Positions 27,286 to 40,764 of a DNA stretch of 64,000 nt are shown in pieces. Source of the DNA: Eledone cirrhosa (Eukaryota); contig OZ024742.1 of assembly GCA_964016885.1 (NCBI GenBank), positions 209,312,001 through 209,376,000 on the forward strand, written 5' to 3'. The position numbers were made by a program, and so were the translations under genes. Positions within the stretch are counted from its first letter, which is position 1, and each line of letters begins with the position of its first letter. Under the pieces are notes generated by a model. The model was not told the origin of the DNA and did no database searches. It worked only from the letters and a program-made list of their open reading frames with translations.

Positions 27286-27557
27286 CAACATCTATACACC
27301 CAGATATACCACTCAGACACATTTGCATATATATATATATATAAATTAAACACAGTAGATTGTTTTTTTTAAATTACGGAGTAAAGATACCACGTTGGTT
27401 TGACAGATTTAACCTGAAGCTAACAGAAAATACAGGATAAAGAGTAAAATGTACTGACCGTTTCAATAACCATTTATCTCCGGGATATATATATTTCTGT
27501 GTATGTAAATGTTTATGTGAATGGACGAGTGTTTTATAATATACATTTATATACATA

Positions 27558-27617
<60 letters not shown>

Positions 27618-27622
<5 letters not shown>

Positions 27623-27987
27623 ATCAAAAGATGGTTAAAAGAGTTCCATGTGTTTTATTATGCGCATTTCAAAAACAAATATCATCATACAATAACATTT
27701 GTGTTTTCATCAGATAAAATAGGAAGACATGATATGAACGTTAAAAACACTTGTGGATAGTGCAGTTTTAAATCAACATATATATGTTGATTTAAAACTG
27801 CACTATTCTGATGAAAACACAAATGTTATTGCATGATGATATTTGTTTTTGACATGCGCATAATATAATACTCTTTTAACCATCTTTTGATCTTATATAT
27901 TATGTATACTCCGGTCCTACAAACTGTAGAGTGCTTCTTATCCGATATCTGCATTGCTTTATTGTACTACAATAAAACTCACCTCCT

Positions 27988-27988
<1 letters not shown>
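27618..27988 (+). mobile_element. Fold-back PLE pLTR module with hammerheads on both arms, inner palindrome 27757-27806 and tail 27898-27988, in (TA)n
   Basis: 27618-27714 is the reverse complement of about 27807-27897. Confidence 0.88.
27653..27719 (-). ncRNA. Minimal type I hammerhead ribozyme, canonical core
   Basis: Minus strand ttttat-CTGATGA-aaacacaaatgttattgtatgatgatatttgttttt-GAAA-tgcgca-TA-ataaaa. The + twin at 27804-27866 has GACA instead of GAAA. Confidence 0.88.
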
Positions 27989-28830
<842 letters not shown>

Positions 28831-29126
28831 TTCTAGTCCTGTAGAATCTCATCTATATTAAAACTTTTATACTCTGCAATGTATTGAGTACCTTACTTAC
28901 TGTGGTTACCTCCGACTCAACCCGGAATAACGTATATATATATATATATATTTGTGTATGTAAATGCTTATGTGAATGGATGAGTGAATAATTATATACA
29001 TTTATATACATATTATATGTATATATTTATACACACACACCTATGTATGTATGTATGTATGTATGCATATATATATATATATATGTATATTTATATACAT
29101 ATATATATGTTATATATATATATAAT

Positions 29127-29996
29127 AAATAGTTTTTTTTCGCTCTACATAGCTGAATATAATAAATGCTATCTGAGATTTTCGAATATTAATAATAATA
29201 TTCGATTCCTTTGCAAATATGCAAACAGCCTGTTTAAGCCATGTCAGTAGAATGACTCCATCATTCTTGCGCTTGTGTTGGCAGACACTAATGGCAGACA
29301 CTAATGTTTCTGGGTGATTACCCGTCATCAGTAGCATATATTGTTTACTTATCAACTGTCAGAACTAGTGAAAATATATGATATTTTCTAAAATATACGG
29401 TGACTGATCGGCTCCATTTGCATATTAGCAGACTGCCTGATCGGTCGGATTTGTATATCAGCAGACTGGCCAGTCAGTTCCATGTATACGAGATTAATGG
29501 CCAGCTTTGCCTTATTCAAATTCATAACAAATAGTTTTATCGCTCTACATGGCTGAATACAATAAATGTAATCTGGGTATTTTCAATAATAATTGTTTCT
29601 ACTTTTTGGCACAAGGCCAGCAATTTAACCAGTGTATCACTGGTACTTTATGTTATCGACTCCGTAAGGATGAAAGGCAAAGTTAACTTCGGCGGGATTT
29701 GAACTCAGTCCGTAAAGGGACGTAACTGTGCTGGAAAGCATTGCGTCCGACCCTCTACCGATACTGCCAATCCACCGCCCTAATAATAATAATATTCGAT
29801 TCGTTTGCAATTATGCAAACAGACTCCTTAAGCCATATCAGTAGAATGACTCCGCCATTCTTGCTCTTGTCTTGGCAGACACTAATGTTTCTGCATGATT
29901 AACCTCCATCAGTACCGTATACTCTTTACCTGCCAACTGTAAAAGCTAGTGAAAATATATATTTTCTGAAATATACAGTGACTGATCGGCCTTATT

Positions 29997-30000
<4 letters not shown>
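29127..30000 (+). repeat. Tandem duplication (about 29127-29430 and 29529-30000); the second copy carries a SINE insertion
   Basis: Shared cgctctacat.gctgaata.aataaatg...aatattcgatt...gcaaacag...cagtagaatgactcc...gtgactgatcggc. Confidence 0.9.
29593..29780 (-). mobile_element. Full-length tRNA-derived SINE inserted in (AAT)n
   Basis: Head gggcggtggattggcag at 29780, tail at 29593, aataataat on both sides. Confidence 0.92.
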
Positions 30001-30046
<46 letters not shown>

Positions 30047-30064
30047 TAGATACACACACATGCG

Positions 30065-30167
<103 letters not shown>

Positions 30168-30289
30168 GTACGTCAATACTCATCTTTTTCCATTTATCTG
30201 AGGGTTCTAAACCCCATTATCAGACTAAAATGTCTTTAGTCAAAAGTACGGTGAAAGCTATTCTATTTTCTAATATATATATATGTATA

Positions 30290-31330
30290 TATATCAACTA
30301 GAAATAGATTGACACATATATATATAAAATAAACACATGAAACAATCTCAGGGAATAATTTGTAAAGTGTGTAAGCACACATAGCTAGGTAGGTAACTAA
30401 TTAAAGTTTAACTAGAACTTCAAATGTAGATACCTTTTAAAATGATTAATCTCCCTTGTATATATTTCTTTAAATAAGAAATATATTTCACCAATTAATC
30501 CGTAAATCACAGCAGTCAAATCCTGGATGGTCACCAAAGGAGAAGATCCAAAGGTATCTCCATTTGAAGTTCTAGTCAAACTTTAATTAGTTACCTACCT
30601 AGTTATGTGTGCTTACACACTTTACAAATTATTCCTTGAGACTGTTTCATGTGTTTATTTTATATATAGATGTGTCAATCTATTTCTAGTTGATATAAAA
30701 TGTTCGGAACTATTCTTTAAGCTTATTCTGCAGTGAATATGGCGCATGTCTCTCAGACATGACAACCTTACCTTAATTTAATTTGGGATATATATATACG
30801 GCCCCTTGATTGTAGAGCTAATTCAGTTGAATGGACTCGGCTGCTATTTCTAGCTGTCGATTATCCTATTCACGCCACTGGGATGACGCGATGCGTGGTC
30901 TGTATTTTTTACAAAATGCAACACGTGGTTCCAGTCATTCACAGATTTGCATTTGCTGTGTAAACACAGATGGTTGGATCTTCTCCTTTGGTGACCATCC
31001 AGGATTTGACTGCTGTGATTTACGGATTAATTGGTGAAATATAATTCTTATTTAAAGAAATATATACAAAGGAGATTAATCATTTTAAAAGTTATCTACA
31101 TTTAAAGTTCTAGTTAAACTGTAATTAGTTACCTACCTTGCTATGTGGGCTTACACACTTTGCAAATTATTCCCTGAGTTTGTTTCATGTGTTTATTTTA
31201 TATATATATAAGTGTTAATCTCTTTCTAGTTGATATAAAATGCTCGGAACTATTCTTTGAGCTTATTCTGTAGTGAATATGGCGCATGTCTCTCAGACAT
31301 GACAACCTTACCTTAATTTAATGTTGGATA
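30290..31330. repeat. Three copies of a pLTR-like repeat: - copy 30290-30551, + copy 30550-30790 (fold-back pair) and + copy 30974-31330
   Basis: Direct sequence identity between copies. Degenerate hammerhead-like ttggtga...ggt-GAAA-tata. (TA) flanks. Confidence 0.85.
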
Positions 31331-31352
31331 TATATGTATATATATGTATGTT

Positions 31353-31403
<51 letters not shown>

Positions 31404-31405
<2 letters not shown>

Positions 31406-31597
31406 CGAAGGCAGTGTGGTGAAGAACCAGGTGGACCATAACGCACTGGAGTACTCGATGCATGGGGTAGTAGAGTGGGTAATAGGTAAAGAGTCAGGAC
31501 CCCGACGGCTAAGCTCCGGTCGTTTCGACAACTAGGTCTGCATTCAGACCTAGCTGTTGAAACGGCCGGAGCTCAACCTTCGGGGTCCTGACTCTTC
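31404..31597 (-). mobile_element. Short fold-back module (arms 31489-31540 / 31545-31596, tail 31404-31488), family of 12245-12457
   Basis: Reverse-complement arms (coordinate sum 63085); (TA)n flanks. Confidence 0.8.
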
Positions 31598-32318
31598 ATA
31601 TATATATATATATATATATATATAGGTGTGTGTGTGTGTGTGTCTGTGTGTGTGTGTGTGGTGTGTGTGTGGGGCGGGGGGTGTATACGTGTTTTACCCA
31701 ATCGCTTAATGTTGTATAATTTTTGCATAAGAAGACATACTGTGATGTAACTTATGTAGTTTTAATCCTAACCAAAACAATATATAAATATCTGAAACAT
31801 ATTTTCTTAGTTGAAAAACAAAGAATACCATGTTTAAATGAATAATTAATACATATTTATTGTTTATTATTAAGTCAAGCTTGAGTTTCTTTACACTGAA
31901 ATTTCTTCTGAGTTCGTGCATAGTCATCAAACAAGACCAATGTTTTTGAAGTCTGTACATATAGAGAAAATCCTGGTCAATGGGGTGGAGGGTATAGGGA
32001 AAGTGAGGTATTTGGGTAGCTTAGGACAAGATAGAAATAGTAATGAAAAGATGTGCATAAAGGGACAGAAAAAGAGAGAAAAAATGTATATATCTAACTA
32101 ACCATCTTATCTATCTCTGATACTCCTTCCTTTCTCTTTCTTCTGTTGCCCTCTTTCCTTGCTCTCTCCCTCTCCCATCTTCCTCGCTCTTTATACTTAT
32201 TTACTACCAATACGAGCGCTAATTACATGAAAATTAGTACGTCCATTTCAGAATACTATTAAGAGGTTATGGGTATATAAGCCCATAAAATATGTGTTTC
32301 CTTGTGCTTCTTTAGCTA

Positions 32319-32970
32319 CCCGTATGCTGAAGAGGACCCAACCTAGTCCGAAAACAATTTATAGGGAGGTTCGTCTTTTCTTATTTGATGTGTTAGAAAA
32401 ATATTATAAAGGTGATGGTTTTATGAGGTTTTGAGATAAGCTCGGAATGCAATGTTGGATTTGTGACTATACAGATGCTATTCGGTGTTCTTGCAATTAT
32501 GTAGGATGTATTCCAGCATGTGGGACGAATGATTGAAAAAAATCGGCCCTCGTATTAAGATATGTTTTCGTGTTATGCAGCCATTTTAAGATGTCCCCTC
32601 GTTGTTTTGCACAATTTACATGCGCTCTTACCGTCCAGATAAGGAGCTGATTTTTCCGGGATTTTTCCGTGTAATGGAGAGGTCTGCACCTGAATCCTTG
32701 AGGGACCAGTGTTGACATGCCAGCTTCGTGGCTCATCATTTATCCGGATGCCTAGTCGTCGATGGGAGTTGCCTCAGCTTCATATACCACTGCGGGTGTG
32801 TTTCCACTTCTAATCTAGAGGGCATGATCCGGCTTTCTGCAAGAGTATCCTGGTGAGGGAGTGTTCGTGATTGTTTTGGGCATCTGGGCTTTCGTGTTGT
32901 TTGCACAGAAGTAACCGATTTCCACAGTATGTCGGTTAAAAATGTGTCTATACTTATGATCAATTTTAAT
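32319..32970. mobile_element. PLE debris: hammerhead-like motif (+, 32319-32366) and Naiad-like coding fragments (-)
   Basis: CTGAAGA-ggac ccaaccta gtcc-GAAA. Minus strand HKYRHIFNRHTVEIGYFCANN (about 32880-32960) resembles the PLE linker motif IFNR.TV..SY.C..N. Confidence 0.55.
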
Positions 32971-33784
32971 TTGTTAATCCATTTATTTTCTCTGTTCAAT
33001 TTTATCTTCGTGTTCTGTCTGAATCTGGAAGAGCAATTACCTCCTCAACACCTGCCCCCTGTCTCTACGCCCTTAATGTTTGGATACCGCCTTCTTATGA
33101 TTCTATAGGACGCCAGTCAAAAATGGATGCTGTTCCCGAATTATTTCGGCAACTCCAGGTATATACAATGTCCATATAACATATATATAGGAATATTTGT
33201 TCAAGATCGAATAAAATCGAATTCTTTAGGAATTAGAATATTTCCAATGCAAGATAAAAACTTTGAGGGGCTATCCGCATATTTAATGCACGAATAATTT
33301 AGTTAAAGCTATGTTTTAAATATTCAGCGAGAAAAAATATAGTTATTAACTAATAATACTTTGTTCATGTAAGTTTTATAATTACATTAATTTTATTTCT
33401 TTTAATCTTTAAGCTTATTATGCTGTTCAATTCAATGATAATGAAATAAGGGCAATGTTCTACTTTGCTTTTCATTTAGTACTAGAGAAGGAAACGTAGA
33501 GTTTTACTTCGCAGGATTTGATCACCAAAATATGATATGTCGTAACGGTTGCAGTAGCACGTTCAATTTGGTTTCACACAAAACAAACTGCCTACCGGGT
33601 TATAATGTCAATGACTTTATATTATGGGTTATCGGAAGAGAGATAACAAGCAGTATGTTATAAATATGTATTACGAAAAGTGTCTGAAAACAAACATATT
33701 TAATCGACATTGTCTGACTTATTAAATAAGGAAAGTAAGGCGACTTCTTCAGGAGTAGTCCTAAAAGTAAAATATATGCAAAAT

Positions 33785-33974
33785 AATTGTTTCTACTTTT
33801 GGCACAAGGCCAGCAATTATTCCAGTGCATTACTGGTACTTTATTTTATCGACCCCGTAAGGATGAAAGGCAAAGTTAACCTCGGCGGGATTTGAACTCA
33901 GATCATAAAGGGAGGTAACTCTATGCTTCAAAGCATGGCGTCCGACCCTTACCGATACTGCCAATCCACCGCCC
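33785..33974 (-). mobile_element. Full-length tRNA-derived SINE
   Basis: A box, B box, central domain and tail as in the other copies. Confidence 0.92.
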
Positions 33975-34990
33975 TTATAAGCTATAATATAGAGTTTGTA
34001 GAATGAATAATTATTTATCTTGAGTTCCAATGTCAAAACATTTGCTAATCTCTTGAAACAGCTTGCGTTAGAAACTAATCTGACATCTTTTTCATTAGAC
34101 ATTATTTTTAGCTTTTAACCTACACTAATCAATCGATTCCCAGACGTTGAAAAACAAAATAACATTAGGCGTAAACTTATTTTTTTATGATTTCTTTTCA
34201 GATTCTAACACCAATGTGTTTAGTATCTTGTTTCCAAGAATATAACTATTTCTTCTCATAACTTAAAATACTTTTTTTATTATTTTTACATGTGGACATT
34301 TTCCCTCTTCTTCCATATTTCCCTTATCAATTTTACGTAGTCTTTTCTTTCGGCTTTTGCTTACTTTTTCTTCTGTTTCTTAAACATATTTTTTTACAAC
34401 TCCTTTGCACTTTTACGTATTTATTCTTCTTATTTCTCTCCCATTGCTTCAGCACAGTAATTTGTTATTTTTGTCAATATATATGTATATGTAAATACAT
34501 TTTAGAGATGTGTGAGAGAGAAATGGAGATAAATAAATAACACGATGATATATATAATAGTGAGGAAAATTGAAGTTGCAGCTGCGATTAGCCTTTTTCG
34601 AAATCAATCTTCAGAAACTAGCACGAATTACTCAATGAGATGATATCAGTCAATCAATAAATTATAGCTCAGAATAACAATATGTTAGGGGTGTGACACA
34701 GTGAACATTGCGACCGGAGAGATGTTGCCACAAAAACCACCACAACAACGAAAATGCAATCAGGTTAAAGACGAACATGGACCTGATCGATAGATATTAT
34801 ATAAATATCTTCTACTGGATTCTGGGAGTCCGAACGCTTGACTCAAATTTGCGCAATATGCAAGTCAGTAATGTATCCTAAGATGGAACGAGGATATTCC
34901 TTTCTCAACAGACGTTTCGTTCCATTATCCACTAGCGCGGCTTAGTAGATCCACTGTTAAGCACTGTAGCCGTAATGTTGGCAGGGGGGT

Positions 34991-35094
34991 CACGTGTTCT
35001 TTCTCAAGAAAAGAGGAAGATTCACATCCGGGCGTTGGCGGGCAAATTCAAAAGCGTGAACAAAAGGAATCTATTCACAGTCTCCGAGGTAAGC
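34991..35094 (+). promoter_or_regulatory. Candidate promoter/first-exon motifs: E-box, E2F/CDE-CHR pair and splice donor
   Basis: cacgtg at 34991; ttggcggg-caaa-ttcaaa at 35035-35052; gag|gtaagc at 35089. Locally CpG-rich, non-repetitive DNA. Confidence 0.3.
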
Positions 35095-35168
35095 TCTCAA
35101 CTAGATTATCAAACAAACAATAATAATTAATCCATCAATTAATTAATTAATTATAAAGGCTAGGAGAA

Positions 35169-35211
<43 letters not shown>

Positions 35212-35454
35212 TTTTCTTTTTTAACCACAAGGGTTCACATAAAGTAGACATTAAGGACAGTACAGGACAATACAGGACGGTACAAATGGGCATTTCTGCG
35301 TGTAAAAAAAACAGAGGTTGAAATAAAATAACAAAGAAAAATTCCCCAATAGGGGGGAGACTTCCAAGGGACATTTGTGGAGAAAGCCCATTAAAAGACC
35401 ACAGTGGCCCTGACCACCAGGGCAAGTGCCCTCTCCCAGTTTTCCACCTTTAAT

Positions 35455-38400
35455 TTACAGACACATACTCAGAGAAGGCCCATTCATTCGGGCCATACTT
35501 GCTTCTCTCACCCATCTTTCAACAAAATGCTGGGAAGAGAGCACTTCCCTCTCTACCCTGATTTTCCTTTTCAAATGAAATTTGAAAAAGTTAATCAGGG
35601 CATCACCGAAGAGGTAAGTGCTCGTCTTCAGCCCTTTCAAACGTGTCCACCATACTATCTCTTTCGCCATGGCCACCAGACAGATAAAAACTGCCTGCCC
35701 TTCCAGGCTAAAGGAAGGGGGCGGGGCAATCCTCACGATGGACTCAGCTGATAGCTGGATCCGTCCTACACGTGACAGCAGGTGTTCGACATAAACCCAC
35801 AAGTCAGCAATGCTCGGACACTGGACGAGTGCGTGCAGGACGGTTTCGTCGCCCTGCGCGCATCTCGGACATGCCCGGCTGACGGCACCTCCATGCCTGT
35901 AGAGTTTATCCCGAACTGGCAAAGCTCCTCGGTAGCACTGCCAGGCCAGGGATTTCTGGAAGTTGTCCATAGGCCCCGGCCCGAAAGTCCTTCCGAAGAG
36001 ATTGGCTAGTTGATTTTCGTCGACGCCTAGAGTTTCTCCAAGTACGTCGTCGCTCTTCCCCTCCACTAATCCCCTATCGAACGCCAAGGTGGAGTTTCCA
36101 CCGATCACATTGCCCGATTGGTCGAGGGCTGTGAGCGCCTGAAGACATTCCAGTCTCCAAGCGCTCCCTCTCGGTCTTCGCTTGACCCAGGACTGCAGCT
36201 CCGTCAAGGAGACGAGCTGGGGAAAAACGTGTCTTGCAAACGGCGACCACACCTGATCACCGTCGAGGAAGAGGTGGAGATGTCGTAGCCTGAGCGCGTG
36301 TCTGCGCATCATCAGCCACGGCATGCCCAGCCCTCCACGTAGCGGGTGTTGACAGCAGATGGACCGCCTGACCATCGGAGCGCGTCCCTTCCACAAGAAG
36401 CGAAAGAGCAAACGCTCCAGCGCAGTCAGGCGGGGCTTAGGACAAGGTACGACGGTCAGGCGGTAGTAGATGACGGATGCGATGTACGCATTCGCCACCT
36501 CCGCTCGACCTTTCAGGGATAGCTTCCTCTCGGCCCATTTCTGGGTGAGAGAAGCCACCCTGCTCGTCACCTCGTCCCAGTTTTTGTCCGTCTGGAGGTC
36601 TGGACCGAACCAGACCCCTAGCAATTTAACCGGTCCGTCCGTCCAGCGCCCGACGACGCTGTTGGACGGCATGGACCTGCCTCTCCAGGTGCCGAGCTGC
36701 AGGCCCACTGACTTTTCCTGGTTGATCATTGCTCCTGTCACCGCTTCGTATTCTCTTAGTGTAGTGCCGATCGCCTCGATGTGTTTGGCGTTCGACACCA
36801 CTACGGTGACATCGTCGGCATATGCTGACACGGATCTTCCGCATCCTAGTTCGCGCGGGACCCCCCTCAACGTCTCCAGTTTGTGCAGTAATGGCTCGAG
36901 AGTCAATACGTACAATAGGGACGAGAGGGGACATCCTTGGCGGACCGAGCGCATGATGTTGAACGGTTCCGAAAGGTGACCGTTCACTCTCACTACAGAG
37001 CAGATGTCGCTGTGCATGGCAGCGATCCAGCCTCTGAAGACGGGCCCAAAGCCAGCCGCCCTCAGGACTGCCGTTAGGTAACGATAGTCGACCCTATCGA
37101 AGGCTTTCGACTGATCTAAATTGATCAAAGACCCACCCGTGCCAGGTTCCCTAGCTACCCTCTCTACGATGTATCGCATGAGGTGGAGGTTGTCGTGGAT
37201 GGATCTGTCGGGAATGGCGCATGTCTGTGCCTCTCCCACCAGACCACCAACGACAAGCGCCAACCTCTTTGCTAGCACCTTGGCCAAAATCTTGAACTCT
37301 GTGTTTAGCAGAGTTATGGGCCTAAAATTATCTATGTTATCCCCCTTGTTCGGATCCTTTCTCAGCAGCGCCACCGCTCCTCGGCTCACAGAGCTGGGAA
37401 TTCTCCCGTTCTGTTGCCAGTTGCAGTAGACGTCCGCCAAGAGGCCTCCGAACAAGTTTGGCATGTGTACGTAAAGTTCATAGGGCAGACCATCCAAACC
37501 AGGCGATTTACCCCTTGTGCAACTAGTCATTGCATCCCGTACTTCAGCGGTTGTTATCGGCTTTTCGCAACACTCCGCCTCAGTGGCTGAAAGCCGCGGC
37601 AGTCCGTCGAGGTAGACACTAAAGTCCATCCCTCGATCCGGCCTGCCACTGCCCAAGAACAGTTGAGCGAAGTGTCGCTGAAAAGCTTCACACATTTGCC
37701 CGGGATCGAGTAGCATGCGCCCGTCGTGGTCCACCAAAGACCGGATCGTGGCTTTGTTGCCACGACGCGCCTCCGCCACTCGGGCCCATTGAACGGCTTT
37801 CGTCCCCTCGTGTCTGAGAGCACGCACCCTAGCTCTGACAACGCAGCCTTCGTTCTTTGCATTGAAGAATTGGTCAAGGGCCAATTTCGCCGCAAGTACG
37901 TCGGTCGCGATGCCTTTGCTAAGCGCCTCATCTAATTTTCTAACTAATTCTCCCTCTGCTCTATTTTTCTCTATTGCTAAAGTCTTACTAAACCTAATGG
38001 GCTCTATTCTAATTGCTCTTTTCAGAGCAAACCACCACTTGTTGTTGACGATGGCCCCCGTCAACGCCCGCTTAGCTAGTTCGCTAATCCGGTCTCTGTA
38101 GGCCTTGCGCGCTGGTAAGGACGCGTTTAACTTCCAGTAGCCGGGTCCTCATCTATGAAGCCTATCTAAGTCAAGCACACAGATCACGAATTTGTGGTCC
38201 GTGTAGCTGACTATCTTGAATTGTGGACAGCCTATGCTAGACCTATCTATTTCCCTACAAAATACTCTATCTAGATATGATCTGGATGACCCTATGCGAT
38301 TTGTCCAAGTCCACATTGGTACATTCGGGAAATCCATTCGGTACCTGTCAGACAGTTCAAAACGTCTGAGCAGGTTGGTGAGACTCTTGCACCCTCCTTC

Positions 38401-38874
38401 CCTATCCACTAATCCCACACAATCCCAGCGTGCATCTAAGATCCCGTTCCAGTCGCCCACTAACACTAAAGAGCGGGACGTTCCAAGAAAGGTCTCCAGA
38501 CGCCGGAAGAAATCAGGCCGCCCTGCTCCTGTCGGGGCATAGACGGCCACTAACCTGAAAGCTTGCCCGTCTCCGCTGGTCACGTCTAGCACCACCAACT
38601 TACCTTCTGGGTCCAGGAAGATGGCCCGTATGGCAAGATCCAAACCTCTCCGAAAAAGCACAGCAACTCCTCCCCCCGATCCCGGACGGCTGGGAGATGC
38701 GTACACATCGTAGCCGCCGAAGATCGGTGCGAAAGCCTGTGCTTCGGAGATTCTGGTCTCGCTGATGGCCACTACATCTATGTTAAGTGACCTGAGGTCG
38801 TTGAGCAGGTGGCCCTGCTTCCATGACGACCCCAAGCCACGCGCATTTATGCTGCCTATTCTGAGTGAGGTCAT
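35455..38874 (-). pseudogene. Copy A ORF2 (APE endonuclease, RT, C-terminal CCHC), 1139 codons with one in-frame TGA at 38149-38151
   Basis: SINARGL, ISETR, AVYAP, VGDWNG, SYLDRVF, TDHK; GKSPGLDG, FRPITLLN, LDQSKAFDRV, VRQGCPLS, AYADD; CPRC...HALVQC. The two listed ORFs share one frame. Confidence 0.95.
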
Positions 38875-38908
38875 GTTGAAAAGGAGTGGAAAAGATGGGA
38901 AAGACCAC

Positions 38909-40764
38909 TTACCTTACTTCTCGTAGGGGAAGGACGGCTTTTCCATCCTTTTCACTGCTTGTGGCCTCCTCAGGAAGGATGTCCTTATAAATCCTCCTGG
39001 AGAGTGCTTGTCGGAAGTCTCCGATGTCTTTGGGGAATTTTTGTTTTAGTGTCATGTACGTTTTCTGTGTGATGCGAGTGATTTGTATGTGTGGAGGTGG
39101 TGTGAATTTTGGGGTTGTTGTGTAGTCTTTTTCTGTGATGCTGGTGTTGTGTTGGATGTAGTGTAATAATTGCTTGTTGTTCAAATTTAATGCTGTGTAG
39201 TGTGTATCGTTTTGGTTGTTTTGTTTTGTTTGCGTTTGTTGTGGGTTTGTTTCTGTTTCGCATTTTGGTGACTTTTGTGGTGTAGGTGATTGTGGTGCTG
39301 GGGATAATGATGGTGATGGTGTTGGTGTTTGGGTTGATGGGGTTGGTGATGCTGGTGTGGATGGTGGCATATCTGTCCTAACTTTTTTGTTTCTTAGTTT
39401 ATTTGTTTCCCTCTGTATTTTGTTTTTGGAGGGGGAAGGAAGAGAATTTTTTCTTTTTTGGTTTCTTTTTTTTTTTCCGGATATCGTTTCCCACTCCTCG
39501 TCGTCACAATCTGTCTCCAGTTGTGATAGGCCGGGGAGTGGAAAATCCTCCACAGCCGTTAGTTTTGGTTGTGGTGTGGTGGGTGGTGTAGGCGCTGGTG
39601 CTAGTTCTGAAGCGTTGGGTGGTGGTGGTGTTGGTTTTGCTGGTGGTGGTAGTGGTGTTGGTTTTGCTACTGTTGCTGGGGTTGTTGCTGTTATAGTTGC
39701 TTCTGTTGTTGCTGCTACAGTTGTTGCTGGCCTCTCTGCTACTGGTGGTGTTGATGGTTGTGTCACTGGGGTGGGTAGGAGAGGTGGCCTCAACCTTTTA
39801 GCCTGAGGGCAGAAAGCCCTTAGGTGGGTTCCTTCACCACAAACGACACACCTAGGTCTTCTGCCCTCGACAATTACCGTGAGGTGGCTGCCGTCAGTGA
39901 GGTCTATTACCTCTGGGATCTCCTCAATGCTTTTTTGGTCCGCTTGGATCAGGAGCTCCATCCCAGATCCGGACCAGTTTTCCTGCTTTTCTTTTGCTAT
40001 TGTTATTATTTTCGTGTTGGCCTCGATGCCGGCGATGACAGCCGCTATTAGCCAGGGAATTTCGATGGCCGGTGGAACGTGGGTCACCCTGATCTTTACG
40101 AGTCTCTGGCCACAATAGCTTGGGACGAGTGTGAAGTCGTCACTTTTTAATGGGGCCATGGAGTGTTCTCTAGCCTCCTCTGGTGTTTCAAAGAACACAT
40201 CCACGGTTCCATACTTTTTCCCACGTCTGATGTGGGTTTTTCTTGCCCACACATGTCCCAAAGCTTTTTGGATTTGGGACTCGGATGCCCGTTCCACTCG
40301 GCGCGATTTTACATTTATTGTTCTATACGACACGGTGCACAGGCGCCGATGCTCCATTTTATTAGGTGGGGGGTGAGGCTGACCCTGTACCCATCTTTCT
40401 TTACCATTTGTTTGGCATTTTCTAAATCTTCTTGAGTTACCGTGAACGCTTCGAATTGTTTTGCTACGATGGCGAAACTGAGGGTCGGTTTTATAATGTC
40501 ATTGTTGTTGTTGTTGCTATCGTTGATATTAATTTTATTTTCAGTTCTGGTGGTGGTGACGTCAGTCGTCTTTGGTGGGGAAGAGTCCATTTTGCTTGAT
40601 TTCATTTCGACGTCACGAGTTAATTTATTTTTTTCTTCTTTTGTTTCTGTTGTCGCGGTGGTGGTGGTGGTGGTGGTGGTTGTCGCGGTGGTGGTGGTGG
40701 TGGTAGAGGGTTTAACACCTGCAGTCATTGGTAATGGCGGGAAATGAATGTCTGCCTGAGACAA
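38909..40764 (-). pseudogene. Copy A ORF1 (gag-like, CCHC zinc knuckle), one frameshift near 40365
   Basis: CVVCGEGTHLRAFC knuckle, Pro/Thr-rich linker and basic KKKRNQKRK stretch. ORFs 40315..40764 and 38909..40357 overlap near a C-run. Confidence 0.9.

Noticed and set aside
38149-38151. In-frame TGA in Tx1 ORF2 as selenocysteine or programmed read-through
   Set aside because: The aligned codon is Arg (CGA) in copy C and Gln in copy D, not Cys; CpG decay is the simpler explanation.
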